From positions 32,001-96,000 of the forward strand of contig CAVRGP010000008.1 in assembly GCA_963720755.1 (NCBI GenBank): a stretch of DNA of 64,000 nt, given 5' to 3'. The translations under genes and the position numbers were made by a program. The notes under the pieces are model-generated. The model did not search any database. It saw only the letters and a list, made by a program, of their open reading frames with translations, and was not told the origin of the DNA. Positions 20,226 to 29,696 of the stretch are shown piece after piece. This DNA is from an uncultured Chloroflexia bacterium (GTDB taxonomy: Bacteria; Chloroflexota; Limnocylindria; Limnocylindrales; CSP1-4). Within the stretch, counting starts at the first letter, position 1; each line of letters begins with the position of its first letter.

Positions 20226-20530
20226 CGCCCGTCCCTTCCATCGAGCACCGGTGATGCGATCGGATGCCCGATGGTCAGGGAGTATAGGGCTGCGACGAGC
20301 GTGCGCGGGCGCCCATACGGCGGGGTTCGGAGGTCCGCGTGGGGCGACACCGGTCGTCCTCCACGTTCACCGACTTGACGCCCGGCCGCTGCGGCTGTCC
20401 AATGCGCGCGACGACCGCACGGCTGGCCGTGCCGTCAGCCACAATGTCAGCCGGCGGCACGGGATCTCGGGAGACGAGGAGGTCTTTCGATCGCGAACCG
20501 CTGGTCATGAACGTCATCGGAGGACAGGAT

Positions 20531-21667
20531 TTGACTACGCATCGCAAGGTGACCCGGATCGCCGGGCTCCTGGTAGGCGCGAGCTTCGTGTTCGCGGCCT
20601 GCTCGTCATCCGGCTCGACGACGGCCGCCCCTGGCGCGTCCGGCGGCACCGGTTCCATGGACGCCCTCGTCACGGCCGCCAAGGCCGAGGGTGGCCTCAA
20701 CACCATCGCGCTGCCGCGCGACTGGTGCAACTACGGCGCGCTCATCGACGGCTTCACCGCCAAGTACGGGATCCCGATCAACGGGCTCAACCCGGGTGGC
20801 GGATCCAAGGACGAGCTCGAAGCCATCAAGGCCAACAAGGACAACCCCGGCCCACAGGCACCTGACGTAGTCGACGTCGGCCTGTCGTACGGTCCCCAGG
20901 GCGTGACCGAAGACCTGTACGCGCCGTACAAGGTCTCGACCTGGGACACGATTCCGGATTCGGCCAAGTCCGCGGACGGCGCCTGGTATGGCGACTATTA
21001 CGGTGTCCTCGCATTCGAAGTGAATACCCAGGTCGTGACCAACGTCCCGAAGGACTGGTCGGACCTGCTCAAGCCGGAATACAAGAACATGGTCGCCCTC
21101 GCCGGTGACCCGACCGCCTCCAACCAGGCGACCTCGAGCGTGTGGGCCTCGGCCTTCTCGCAGCCGGACGGCGGACTCGACAATGCCGCGCCCGGTCTCG
21201 ACTACTTCAAGCAGCTCAACGATGCCGGCAACTTCGTGCCGGTCATCGGCAATGCCACGACGGTCGCCTCGGGTGAGACCCCGATCCGGATCGCGTGGAC
21301 CTACAACGCGCTTGCCGACAAGGACTCGCTGGCCGGCAATCCCCCGATCGAGGTCGTCGTTCCGGCGACCGGCCAATTCGGCGGGATGTACGTCCAGGCG
21401 ATCAGCAAGTACGCACCGCATCCGAACGCGGCCAAGCTGTGGATGGAGTATCTCTACTCCGACGAGGGCCAGAACCTCTGGCTCGCGGGCTACTGCAACC
21501 CGATCCGCTATGACGACATGGTCGCCAAGGGGACCGTGGACAAGACCGCCCAGGCCAAGCTCCCGGACACCGCCGGGACCAACCTGCCGACCCTTGACCA
21601 GATCACGAAGGCTGCCGACGTGATCACAACGGGCTGGCCGACCGTGGTCGGGGTGACCGTTCAGTAG
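20531..21667 (+). CDS. ABC transporter substrate-binding lipoprotein (PotD/AfuA-like class)
   Basis: Lipobox FAAC, AAKAEG, PKDWSDLLKPEYK, APHPNAAKLW; start approximate. Confidence 0.9.
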   Translation: MTTHRKVTRIAGLLVGASFVFAACSSSGSTTAAPGASGGTGSMDALVTAAKAEGGLNTIALPRDWCNYGALIDGFTAKYGIPINGLNPGGGSKDELEAIKANKDNPGPQAPDVVDVGLSYGPQGVTEDLYAPYKVSTWDTIPDSAKSADGAWYGDYYGVLAFEVNTQVVTNVPKDWSDLLKPEYKNMVALAGDPTASNQATSSVWASAFSQPDGGLDNAAPGLDYFKQLNDAGNFVPVIGNATTVASGETPIRIAWTYNALADKDSLAGNPPIEVVVPATGQFGGMYVQAISKYAPHPNAAKLWMEYLYSDEGQNLWLAGYCNPIRYDDMVAKGTVDKTAQAKLPDTAGTNLPTLDQITKAADVITTGWPTVVGVTVQ

Positions 21668-21701
21668 TGAGGGACCTGCCCGTGCCGACTCCGGTCGTAC
21701 G

Positions 21702-22595
21702 GTGACAGCAACGACGGCTCGGGGCGCGCCAGCGGCGCGCCCCGTCCGGCGCCGCCTGGGCTGGTCATGGCTCGGGCTCGTTCCGTTCCTCCTCTTCGCC
21801 ACGGCCTTCCTCCTCGTGCCGACCTTCGGTCTCGTCGTCGGCAGCTTCCAGGATCCGGCCGGACAACCCACCCTCCAGAACTACGCAGATCTGTCCCAGC
21901 CGGGGATCGTCAGCGCATACGTCACCAGCATCGAGATCAGCCTGGTCACGGCCCTCCTCGGAGGGCTGTTCGGTTTCCTGCTCGCCTATGCAGTCATCTC
22001 CGGCGGCCTGCCCGGACCGTTCCGGGGCGGACTCATGACCTTCTCCGGCGTGGCCTCCAACTTCGCGGGCGTCCCGTTGGCCCTGGCATTCACCTTCACC
22101 CTGGGCCGCCTCGGGTTCATGACCGTCTTCCTCAAGGACATTCTCGGGATCGACATCTACGGGAATGGGTTCACCATCTACTCCAAGCTCGGGCTGGAGA
22201 TCGTGTACCTCTACTTCCAGTTCCCGCTCATGGTCCTGATCATCGCCCCGGCCATCGACGGTCTCCGCCAGGAATGGCGCGAAGCGTCCGAGAACATGGG
22301 GGCGAGTTCCTTCCAGTACTGGCGTCATATCGCCCTGCCGATCCTCACGCCGACCCTGCTCGGGACGATGATCCTGTTGTTCGGGAACTCGTTCGGCGCG
22401 CAGGCGACCGCCTATCAGCTGACCGGCGGACAACTCAACATCGTGACCCTGCTCATCACCCGCCAGATCCGCGGCGATGTGCTGAACAACCTGGGTCTCG
22501 GCTACGCGGTCGCGATGGGGATGGTCGCCATCATGGGCGCGACGATCCTGATCTACGTTTGGCTGCAGCGTCGAGCGGAACGGTGGCAACGATGA
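21702..22595 (+). CDS. ABC transporter permease
   Basis: TM helices, EAA loop WREASENMGAS. Confidence 0.9.
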   Translation: MTATTARGAPAARPVRRRLGWSWLGLVPFLLFATAFLLVPTFGLVVGSFQDPAGQPTLQNYADLSQPGIVSAYVTSIEISLVTALLGGLFGFLLAYAVISGGLPGPFRGGLMTFSGVASNFAGVPLALAFTFTLGRLGFMTVFLKDILGIDIYGNGFTIYSKLGLEIVYLYFQFPLMVLIIAPAIDGLRQEWREASENMGASSFQYWRHIALPILTPTLLGTMILLFGNSFGAQATAYQLTGGQLNIVTLLITRQIRGDVLNNLGLGYAVAMGMVAIMGATILIYVWLQRRAERWQR

Positions 22596-23398
22596 AGCTG
22601 ACGAGACTCTGGTGGTGGGTCGTCTTCATCATCGGGTTCCTGTACTTCTTCCTGCCGTTGCTCGGAACGTTCGAGTTCTCGCTCGGCCACCCGCTCGGGC
22701 CGGTCCACGCTCCGGCGACCTTCGACTTCTACCGGGAGGTCATCAGCAGCCCAGCCTTCTGGCAGAGCCTCGGGTACTCGTTCATCGTCGGCGTCATCAC
22801 GATCGTGGTCAGCATCGCGCTGATCATGCCCACCGCATTCTGGGTCCGGCTCCGGGTCCCCAAGGCTCGACCACTGGTCGAGTTCATCACCCTGATGCCA
22901 TTCGTGATCCCGCCGATCGTGCTGGTCTTCGGCCTTCTCAAGACGTACAGCAAGCCGCCGTTCCCGTTCACCTACACGGACCTCGGCAGCACCGCCCTCC
23001 TCGTCTTCGCGTACGTCATCCTGTCGTTCCCGTACATGTACCGGGCGGTCGATACGGGGCTCCAGGCCATTGACATCCGGACCCTCACCGAGGCAGCCCA
23101 GAGCCTGGGGGCAGGCTGGACACGGATCATCCTGCGAGTCATCCTCCCGAACGTCCGGGTCGCCCTGCTGAGTGGTGCCTTCCTGACCCTGGCCATCGTC
23201 ATCGGTGAGTTCACCATCGCCATCTTCCTGGCCCGGCCGGCATTCGGACCGTATCTCTCTTTGCTCGGGCAGAACAAAGCGTACGAACCGGCGGCGGTCT
23301 CGATCATCAGCTTCGGCCTGACCTGGCTGGCCATGATCCTCATCGCCTTCATCGGCCGTGGGTCGCGCACCGGGGTCACCCTCGGCGGTGCCCGCTAG
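22592..23398 (+). CDS. ABC transporter permease
   Basis: EAAQSLGAG loop, IGEF; ATGA overlap with upstream permease. Confidence 0.9.
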   Translation: MKLTRLWWWVVFIIGFLYFFLPLLGTFEFSLGHPLGPVHAPATFDFYREVISSPAFWQSLGYSFIVGVITIVVSIALIMPTAFWVRLRVPKARPLVEFITLMPFVIPPIVLVFGLLKTYSKPPFPFTYTDLGSTALLVFAYVILSFPYMYRAVDTGLQAIDIRTLTEAAQSLGAGWTRIILRVILPNVRVALLSGAFLTLAIVIGEFTIAIFLARPAFGPYLSLLGQNKAYEPAAVSIISFGLTWLAMILIAFIGRGSRTGVTLGGAR

Positions 23399-23416
23399 GA
23401 TGGACGAGGAGGCCCG

Positions 23417-24544
23417 ATGTCGTTCCTGACCCTGACAGGGATCCAGAAGCAGTTCCCCGGTGGCGTCGTCGCCGTGGCCGACTTCAATCTCGAAGCGGTC
23501 CGAGGTGAGTTCGTGTCGTTCCTGGGGCCGTCCGGGTGCGGCAAGACGACGACCCTCCGGATGATCGCCGGGTTCGAGAGGCCGACCGCCGGCACGATCG
23601 TCGTCGACGGGACCGACATCACCTATCAGGCCCCCAACCAGCGCAACGTCGGGATGGTCTTCCAGTCCTACGCGCTGTTCCCCAACATGAACGTGGCCGA
23701 CAACATCGGCTTCGGGCTCAAGGTCCGCAAGCGACCCAAGGCCGAGATCGCCCGGAAGGTCGCCGAGCTGATCGAGATGATGCATCTGGACGGTCGCGCC
23801 GACCGGTTCCCGTGGCAGATGTCGGGTGGCCAGCAACAGCGGGTCGCGCTGGCCCGCGCGCTGGCGATCGAGCCGCAGGTGCTCCTGCTCGACGAACCAC
23901 TGTCTGCGCTCGACGCGAAGATCCGGATCGTCCTTCGCTCGGAGATCCGGTCGATCCAACGCCAGCTCGGGATCACGACCGTCTACGTCACCCACGATCA
24001 GGAAGAGGCCCTCTCGCTGTCGGATCGGGTGGTCGTCATGAGCGACGGTCACGTGGAGCAGATCGGCACACCGTCGGAGATCTATAACTTCCCGAGTACG
24101 GCCTTCGTCGCGTCCTTCGTGGGGACGCTCAACCTGGTCAACGCGGGTGTCATCGACGTCGAATCCGGCCGGCTCTCGATCGACGGGCAGGAAGTCCGGA
24201 CGAGCAAGACGATCACAGGTGTCGGTGCGGGCGGTCGCGTGACTCTTGCCGTCCGGCCCGAAGGGATCAGTCTCGGTGACGGCGAAACCGGCGTGAACCG
24301 GGTAAAGGGCACCCTCCAGGACATCAACTTCCTCGGGTCGATCGTCCGGCTCCGGGTGCGGCTCGATGCCGACACGAGCGGCAGCGGACGCACCGTCGTC
24401 GCGCTCGACACCTTCAACGAGCCACACCTCGCGCTCCCGGCCGTCGGGGAATCGATCGCCATCTCGTTCCCGCCTGAGGCCTGTTTCGTCCTCGGGGCCG
24501 CCCGTGACGAAGCGTCGGGTGCGGAGGCCGGCTCCGAGGTATGA
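23417..24544 (+). CDS. ABC transporter ATP-binding protein (PotA-like)
   Basis: GPSGCGKTT, VFQSYALFP, SGGQQQRVALARAL, LLDEP, THDQEEA. Confidence 0.95.
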   Translation: MSFLTLTGIQKQFPGGVVAVADFNLEAVRGEFVSFLGPSGCGKTTTLRMIAGFERPTAGTIVVDGTDITYQAPNQRNVGMVFQSYALFPNMNVADNIGFGLKVRKRPKAEIARKVAELIEMMHLDGRADRFPWQMSGGQQQRVALARALAIEPQVLLLDEPLSALDAKIRIVLRSEIRSIQRQLGITTVYVTHDQEEALSLSDRVVVMSDGHVEQIGTPSEIYNFPSTAFVASFVGTLNLVNAGVIDVESGRLSIDGQEVRTSKTITGVGAGGRVTLAVRPEGISLGDGETGVNRVKGTLQDINFLGSIVRLRVRLDADTSGSGRTVVALDTFNEPHLALPAVGESIAISFPPEACFVLGAARDEASGAEAGSEV

Positions 24545-25296
24545 CCGCCGGGCCGGCTGGCCTGGACCTCCGCGCAGTCGACCTGGTCATCTTCGACAAG
24601 GACGGCACGCTTATCGACTTCGAGTCGATGTGGAGCCCGTGGGCAGTCGCCCTGGCCCAGGCGCTCCGGTCGGCGACTGGCCGCGCCATCGACGGCCCCC
24701 TCTTCGAGATGCTGGGCTACGACGCCGCGACGGGCACGGTCCGGCCCGGCGGCGGACTGGCCGCGACGCCGATGGCCCGCCTACGGGAACGAACGCGTGA
24801 CGTGCTGATCGAGGCGGGGGTGCCCGAAGACGATGCCGACCGTGCTGTCGAGGCAGCATGGCACGCCCCGGACCCGGTCGGGCTCGTCCACCCGCTCGTG
24901 GATCTTGCCGGGCTGTTCGGCCGGCTGCACGCAGCCGGGATCGCGGTCGCCATCGCCACCAGCGACGACCGCAGCCCCACGGAACGGACGCTCGCGGCCC
25001 TCGGCCTATCCGGCGTCATCGACGCGATGGTCTGTGCCGACGACGGTGTCCCACTCAAGCCGCAGCCGGACATGGTCCTGCGGCTGTGCGGCGAGGTCGG
25101 CGTGTCGCCGACACGCACGGCCGTCGTGGGCGATGCGCCGGCGGATGTGCAGATGGGCCGCTCCGCGGGCGCCGGGCTCGTGGTCGGGGTCCTGACCGGC
25201 GTCGGGACGCGAGCCGACCTGGAGTCGCTGGCCGATGTCGTGATCGACTCGATCGACGACCTGATGGCGAGGACCGGGGGCGTCCGCCCGTTCTAG
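24541..25296 (+). CDS. HAD-superfamily hydrolase
   Basis: FDKDGTL, ATSD, KP.PD, VGDAPAD. Confidence 0.9.
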   Translation: MTAGPAGLDLRAVDLVIFDKDGTLIDFESMWSPWAVALAQALRSATGRAIDGPLFEMLGYDAATGTVRPGGGLAATPMARLRERTRDVLIEAGVPEDDADRAVEAAWHAPDPVGLVHPLVDLAGLFGRLHAAGIAVAIATSDDRSPTERTLAALGLSGVIDAMVCADDGVPLKPQPDMVLRLCGEVGVSPTRTAVVGDAPADVQMGRSAGAGLVVGVLTGVGTRADLESLADVVIDSIDDLMARTGGVRPF

Positions 25297-26051
25297 GCGC
25301 GACCGCCCATGAGGCGGAGCATGAACAGGAACAGGTTGATGAAGTCGAGGTAGAGGCGGAGTGCGCCGATGACGGCCGCCTTCTCCATGGAGCCCGTCTG
25401 CGCGGCCAGGTCACCCGACTGGATCCGCTGGACGTCATAGGCGGTCAGTGCGGTGAACAGGACGACCCCGATGACCGAGATGAGCCACGTGATCGGCGTG
25501 CTCTGGAGGAACAGGTTCAGGACCATCGCCACGAGCAGTCCGATGACGCCCATGAACATGAGCCCGCCCATCTTGGCCAGCGAGCGCTTGGTGACCGCGC
25601 CGTAGATCGCAGCCGCCCCGAACATCGCCGACGCGCTGAGAAAGGCCGTGACCACGGAACCGGTCGTGTAGCTGGCCACGATCAGGCCGATGGTGATGCC
25701 GAGCGAAGCCGCATAAACGAAGAACAAACCGAGCGCGGCCGTGGCACTGATCTTGTTGATGCCGGCGCTGATGACGACGACGAGTCCAAGCTGGGCCATG
25801 AACAGGATGAAGAAGCTGCCACTCGCGAAGTTCAGCAGGGCATCGTTACTCTGGACCGCGTAGGCGACGATCGCGGTCGCCAGCAGGCCGGCGAACATCC
25901 ACAAGAAGGCCTGGGACAGGAATGCAGCCTGCAGCCGCGCATCGGGCTTGACGCCCAGGGCCGACGGCGTGGCTCCCGGCGTGTGCGCGATCCCAGAGGC
26001 GGGGACGGCTGGCGGGGCGGAGTATCGAGTCGGGTTCTGGTTCTGTGTCAT
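25293..26051 (-). CDS. Bax inhibitor-1/YccA-family membrane protein
   Basis: 7 TM helices, TAYDVQRI, GALRLYLDFINLF. Confidence 0.9.
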   Translation of the reverse strand: MTQNQNPTRYSAPPAVPASGIAHTPGATPSALGVKPDARLQAAFLSQAFLWMFAGLLATAIVAYAVQSNDALLNFASGSFFILFMAQLGLVVVISAGINKISATAALGLFFVYAASLGITIGLIVASYTTGSVVTAFLSASAMFGAAAIYGAVTKRSLAKMGGLMFMGVIGLLVAMVLNLFLQSTPITWLISVIGVVLFTALTAYDVQRIQSGDLAAQTGSMEKAAVIGALRLYLDFINLFLFMLRLMGGRA

Positions 26052-26076
26052 CGCAGGTTCTCCTGGATCCTCTCGG

Positions 26077-26427
26077 TCACCACATCAGGCCGGCGTCGCG
26101 CGGATCCCAGCGCTCCGCCAGCAGGGTCACTTTCACGTCGTGCTCGACCACGGTCTCGGTCTGCTCCTTGACCTGGGCGATCATCGACCCGGCGTACGGA
26201 CAGAACGGCGTGGTGAGGATCATCTTGACTTCGGTCGAGTCGGGTCCGAGCACGATCTGCTTGATCAGCGCGAGCTCGACGACGTTCATCCCGATCTCCG
26301 GGTCGACCACCGCCCGCAGGGCATCGAGGATCGCGAGCTCCGTGGCGCGGCGCTCGGGATCGAACGGGGATGGCTCGCTGACCGGGGTCGGATCCTGGTC
26401 GGCCGTCTCGGCGATGCTGTCGGTCAT
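26077..26427 (-). CDS. DUF59/SufT metal-sulfur cluster assembly factor
   Basis: VVDPEIGMNVVELALI...LTTPFCP. Confidence 0.9.
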   Translation of the reverse strand: MTDSIAETADQDPTPVSEPSPFDPERRATELAILDALRAVVDPEIGMNVVELALIKQIVLGPDSTEVKMILTTPFCPYAGSMIAQVKEQTETVVEHDVKVTLLAERWDPRDAGLMW

Positions 26428-26499
26428 GGACGTCTCCGCATGGTCGCAAGAGGGTACCATCCAGCCGCCAGGATGCCTTTCCGCGTGATGGTTCCCTGG

Positions 26500-26829
26500 T
26501 CAGGCCGCGGACGCGCCACCCTTGACCACGATGCCCGGAACCCGGTACTGGGCGGGCAGGGCCGCTGCCTCCGCCTCCGTGTAGCCGGGGCCGCGTAGCG
26601 AGCCGTCGGGCTCGAAGAAGTCCGCGTAGCGCGCCCGGTTCGCGTCCGCATACACGTACGCCGCGGCGACCCCGAGAACGCGCAGTTCCGGATGGTCCTT
26701 GAGGATGTTGACCAGGTCGTAGCCGTTCGACCGTAGCTCGAGCAACTGCCGGACGGTTAGGCGCGATCCATAGCAGAACGGTTCGCCGTTGAGGACGAGC
26801 GGATCCTGCTGGACCCATTTGATGGTCAT
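26500..26829 (-). CDS. DUF433-domain protein
   Basis: DPLVLNGEP...GSRLTVRQLL...ILKDHPEL...AAYVY. Confidence 0.8.
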   Translation of the reverse strand: MTIKWVQQDPLVLNGEPFCYGSRLTVRQLLELRSNGYDLVNILKDHPELRVLGVAAAYVYADANRARYADFFEPDGSLRGPGYTEAEAAALPAQYRVPGIVVKGGASAA

Positions 26830-26832
26830 GGA

Positions 26833-27315
26833 TCAGGCGCCCTTGTAGAGCAGCTGCAGGAAGGCATTCTTGCGGCGCGCGTCGCCGGCGATCCGCCGGT
26901 GCCAGCGATAGGCCGCGATGGCCGCGTCGAGGGCTTCGGAAGCGGCGTCCATCTCGGGCGGGGCAAGCACGGTCGGCATGGCCGCTCGGAGGCCCTCGCA
27001 CAGGGCGATCACGTCGTCCATCGGGGTCTGGCGCCGGCGATAGACGACAGCGGTCCACTCGGCATAATCGTGCGCCGGCCGTGGGTCGCCGATCGAGATG
27101 CACAGGGCGACCCGTTCGGCAAGGAGCTCGGCGTCGCGCAGGAGGTGACGCAGGCCGGCTTCGTCGTATCGAGCCCCGATCGTCGTGTCGGCGTCCATCG
27201 CGAAGGCCAGGGCACGACCGGCAAGGCGGGGGATGTCCTGGCGGAGGCGCGTGGCGGCCGCCGGATATCCAGCGGTTTGGTCGGGTGGCGGAAGGCCAAG
27301 ACTGGGGTGGCTCAC
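26833..27315 (-). CDS. Globin-fold, phycobiliprotein-like hypothetical protein
   Basis: All-helical 160 aa; LLRDAELL...IGDPRP...Y...TPMDDV...LD pattern parallels allophycocyanin by eye. Confidence 0.65.
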   Translation of the reverse strand: MSHPSLGLPPPDQTAGYPAAATRLRQDIPRLAGRALAFAMDADTTIGARYDEAGLRHLLRDAELLAERVALCISIGDPRPAHDYAEWTAVVYRRRQTPMDDVIALCEGLRAAMPTVLAPPEMDAASEALDAAIAAYRWHRRIAGDARRKNAFLQLLYKGA

Positions 27316-27404
27316 GATGGCTGGAGTCTAGCGTGGAGACCGGGGCCCTGCCACGCGCCGTGGTACCGGGGCCGTCAGGTCCCATCGGCGGCTACGATGG
27401 CCGC

Positions 27405-27932
27405 ATGAGCGATCCGACGCCAGCGCCCGGTTCGTCCGAGCCCGGGACCGGACAGGTCCCGGTGAGTCCTGGGGAGCGGCGCCTCGCCCGGCCGCCGTCC
27501 GACCGGTATCGTGCGGCCGAGGCGCGGGCCGCCGCAGCCGCGGCCATGACCCCGGATCCGAGGGCCTCGCTCGCTCGTGGCATCTCGCTCGCCCTCGTCG
27601 CAGCGCTCCTCGGCGCGGGCGCGATCGTCATCGTGGGCGGCGTCATGGCCTGGACGAACGGTCTGCTGGCGATCGCCGGGCTGACCGGGCTGGCGATCGG
27701 GGCGGGCCTTGCCTTCGGTGCGTCGGACCACCTGATGGGTCGGCGGCGGGTCCTCCTCGCGATCGGCCTGGCGCTCGGAGCGGTCGCCCTCGGCCAGCTC
27801 GGTCTGTGGCAGTTCGGGCGCTCCGAAGGCGGGGTCCTCTCGCTCATCGACTACCTCGCCCAGGTGTACGGTCTGCTCGTCGTTGCCGAATTCGTCGCCG
27901 CAGCGACCATCGCAGGCGTCGCGGCACGATGA
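27405..27932 (+). CDS. Hypothetical membrane protein
   Basis: About 4 TM helices; TACGAT 6 nt before ATG; overlaps GNAT start. Confidence 0.75.
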   Translation: MSDPTPAPGSSEPGTGQVPVSPGERRLARPPSDRYRAAEARAAAAAAMTPDPRASLARGISLALVAALLGAGAIVIVGGVMAWTNGLLAIAGLTGLAIGAGLAFGASDHLMGRRRVLLAIGLALGAVALGQLGLWQFGRSEGGVLSLIDYLAQVYGLLVVAEFVAAATIAGVAAR

Positions 27933-28435
27933 CCGGCCGGCCCACGACCGATCGGCTCCGGTTCCGACGACCGACCGAGGCCGATCACACCCGCCTCGTC
28001 GGGCAGGTCGACGAATGGTGGGGTGGCCGCAGGATCCACCCATTGCTCCCCCGCCTGTGGTTCCAGCACTTCACCGGGACGTCCTGGCTGGCCGAGGACG
28101 ACACAGGGCGACCGGTCGGGTTCCTGATCGGCTTCATCAGCCCGGACGATCCCGCCCAGGCCTATGTCCACATGGTCGGGACCAGCCCCAATCACCGCCG
28201 GTCCGGGCTTGGCCGCGAACTGTACGAGCGCTTCTTCGGCGACGCCGCAGGCCGCGGGGCACGTCGGGTGACCGCGATCACCTGGCCCGGCAACCAGGGC
28301 TCGGTCGCATTCCATCGCGCCCTGGGGTTCACGATCGTGGATGAGCCCGGGACGCAGAATCTGTACGGCAATCGAGCCATACCCGACTACGACGCCGATG
28401 GCGACGACCGGGTCGTGTTCAGCCGGGGACTGTGA
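27929..28435 (+). CDS. GNAT-family N-acetyltransferase
   Basis: AYVHMVG...HRRSGLGRELY...NQGSVAFHRALGF. Confidence 0.9.
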   Translation: MTGRPTTDRLRFRRPTEADHTRLVGQVDEWWGGRRIHPLLPRLWFQHFTGTSWLAEDDTGRPVGFLIGFISPDDPAQAYVHMVGTSPNHRRSGLGRELYERFFGDAAGRGARRVTAITWPGNQGSVAFHRALGFTIVDEPGTQNLYGNRAIPDYDADGDDRVVFSRGL

Positions 28436-29696
28436 CCGCCGCGGGGGTCAGTTGCTCGTGGAGCAGGCGTCCGAACCGCTCGGCCCGGGCAGACTCCGGG
28501 ACGGACGCCAGCCATCGGTCCAGGAGCGCCTCGCCCTCCGCATAGACGAAGACGTACGTCCGCCACAGCGGGTGCTCGATGAACCCCAGCCGCTTGGCGG
28601 CGAGCGCCGGATCGGCGCGACCGACCTCGATCAGGAACGACAGGACCTCGTCGTGGGACGAGCCGTCGGCGTGACGACGGATCGCGGCATCGCCGGCGAT
28701 CGTCCCGAGCGTGGCGCGAGGTGGACCGATCGCGACGGCCAGTTCGGCGGCGTCGCGACAGGCGACCGGGTCGCTCGCGAACGGCAGACCGGCTCGCTCG
28801 AACAGTTCGACCAACAGGTCGGCTCGCTCCGAGGGCGGTGACACGAACCGGACGCCAAGGTCGGCGAGGCCTTCGCTGATCAGGCATTCGGGAGTGTTGA
28901 TGAGCAGGATGGACGACTCGAGGCGGGCCTGGCGGTCGACCAGGTCCGCCTCCTTCCAGGCGTGCTCGAGGTGGTGTCCCGGGTAGGCCTCGTGGGCGAC
29001 CAACCCGACCAGGGCGGGGACGCGGACCGGGAGGTCCGTGTTGATATCGACCCGGGACCGGCGGCCGCCGTCGTACCAGTTGTACGCGCTCCAGGGCTGG
29101 CCGGTCACGCGACTCACCCGGAGGTGCTCCCCGTCCGGCAGCCCGAACCGTCCGGCCGCGGTCGTCCTGAACCGTGCGACCAGCCACTCGACGGTCGCGA
29201 CGAGCCGATCCGTCGGGATCTCGAATCGCGCGTCCCAGGCCGCCAGGCGAACCGCCAGCGGTGCGGAGCCGGGAAGCAGGGCGTCGACGTCCGCGGCTGC
29301 CGCCTCGAAGATCGCGGGGTCATGGCGAGCCGGCCGGTAGGCGAAGCAGCGCTCCACGTGGTCGAGGTATGGCAGCGGCTCACCGGCGAGGGCGGCGGCC
29401 TGCGTCTCGAGGGCGATCAGCTGCACGTCCAGCCACGACCGTCGATCGGGCTCGGTGACGTCGGTGGTGAGCCGGGCGCGCAACGCGGTCGCATCGTCGC
29501 GCAGCCGAGCCGGCGACGGTAGCGGCTCCATGTCGACCCGCGCCTTGAGGTCGGCCGGGCCGAAATAGCCGTCGACCAGACCCGGGATGTGCTGGTCGAG
29601 GCGGAGGGCCAGGAGGAGGTAGTCGCGGGCCACGGGATCCGGCGCCGGGACCGTTCGCGTACCCCCGATCGCCGGGACGTGCCCGTCACCGGTCAT
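28419..29696 (-). CDS. DUF885-like zincin metalloprotein
   Basis: VDGYFGP, AHEAYPGHH, ISEGLA. Confidence 0.75.
   Translation of the reverse strand: MTGDGHVPAIGGTRTVPAPDPVARDYLLLALRLDQHIPGLVDGYFGPADLKARVDMEPLPSPARLRDDATALRARLTTDVTEPDRRSWLDVQLIALETQAAALAGEPLPYLDHVERCFAYRPARHDPAIFEAAAADVDALLPGSAPLAVRLAAWDARFEIPTDRLVATVEWLVARFRTTAAGRFGLPDGEHLRVSRVTGQPWSAYNWYDGGRRSRVDINTDLPVRVPALVGLVAHEAYPGHHLEHAWKEADLVDRQARLESSILLINTPECLISEGLADLGVRFVSPPSERADLLVELFERAGLPFASDPVACRDAAELAVAIGPPRATLGTIAGDAAIRRHADGSSHDEVLSFLIEVGRADPALAAKRLGFIEHPLWRTYVFVYAEGEALLDRWLASVPESARAERFGRLLHEQLTPAAVTVPG

Noticed and set aside
26500-28435. DUF433 and GNAT as a toxin-antitoxin pair
   Set aside because: Opposite strands, not adjacent, and the GNAT lacks toxin-type context
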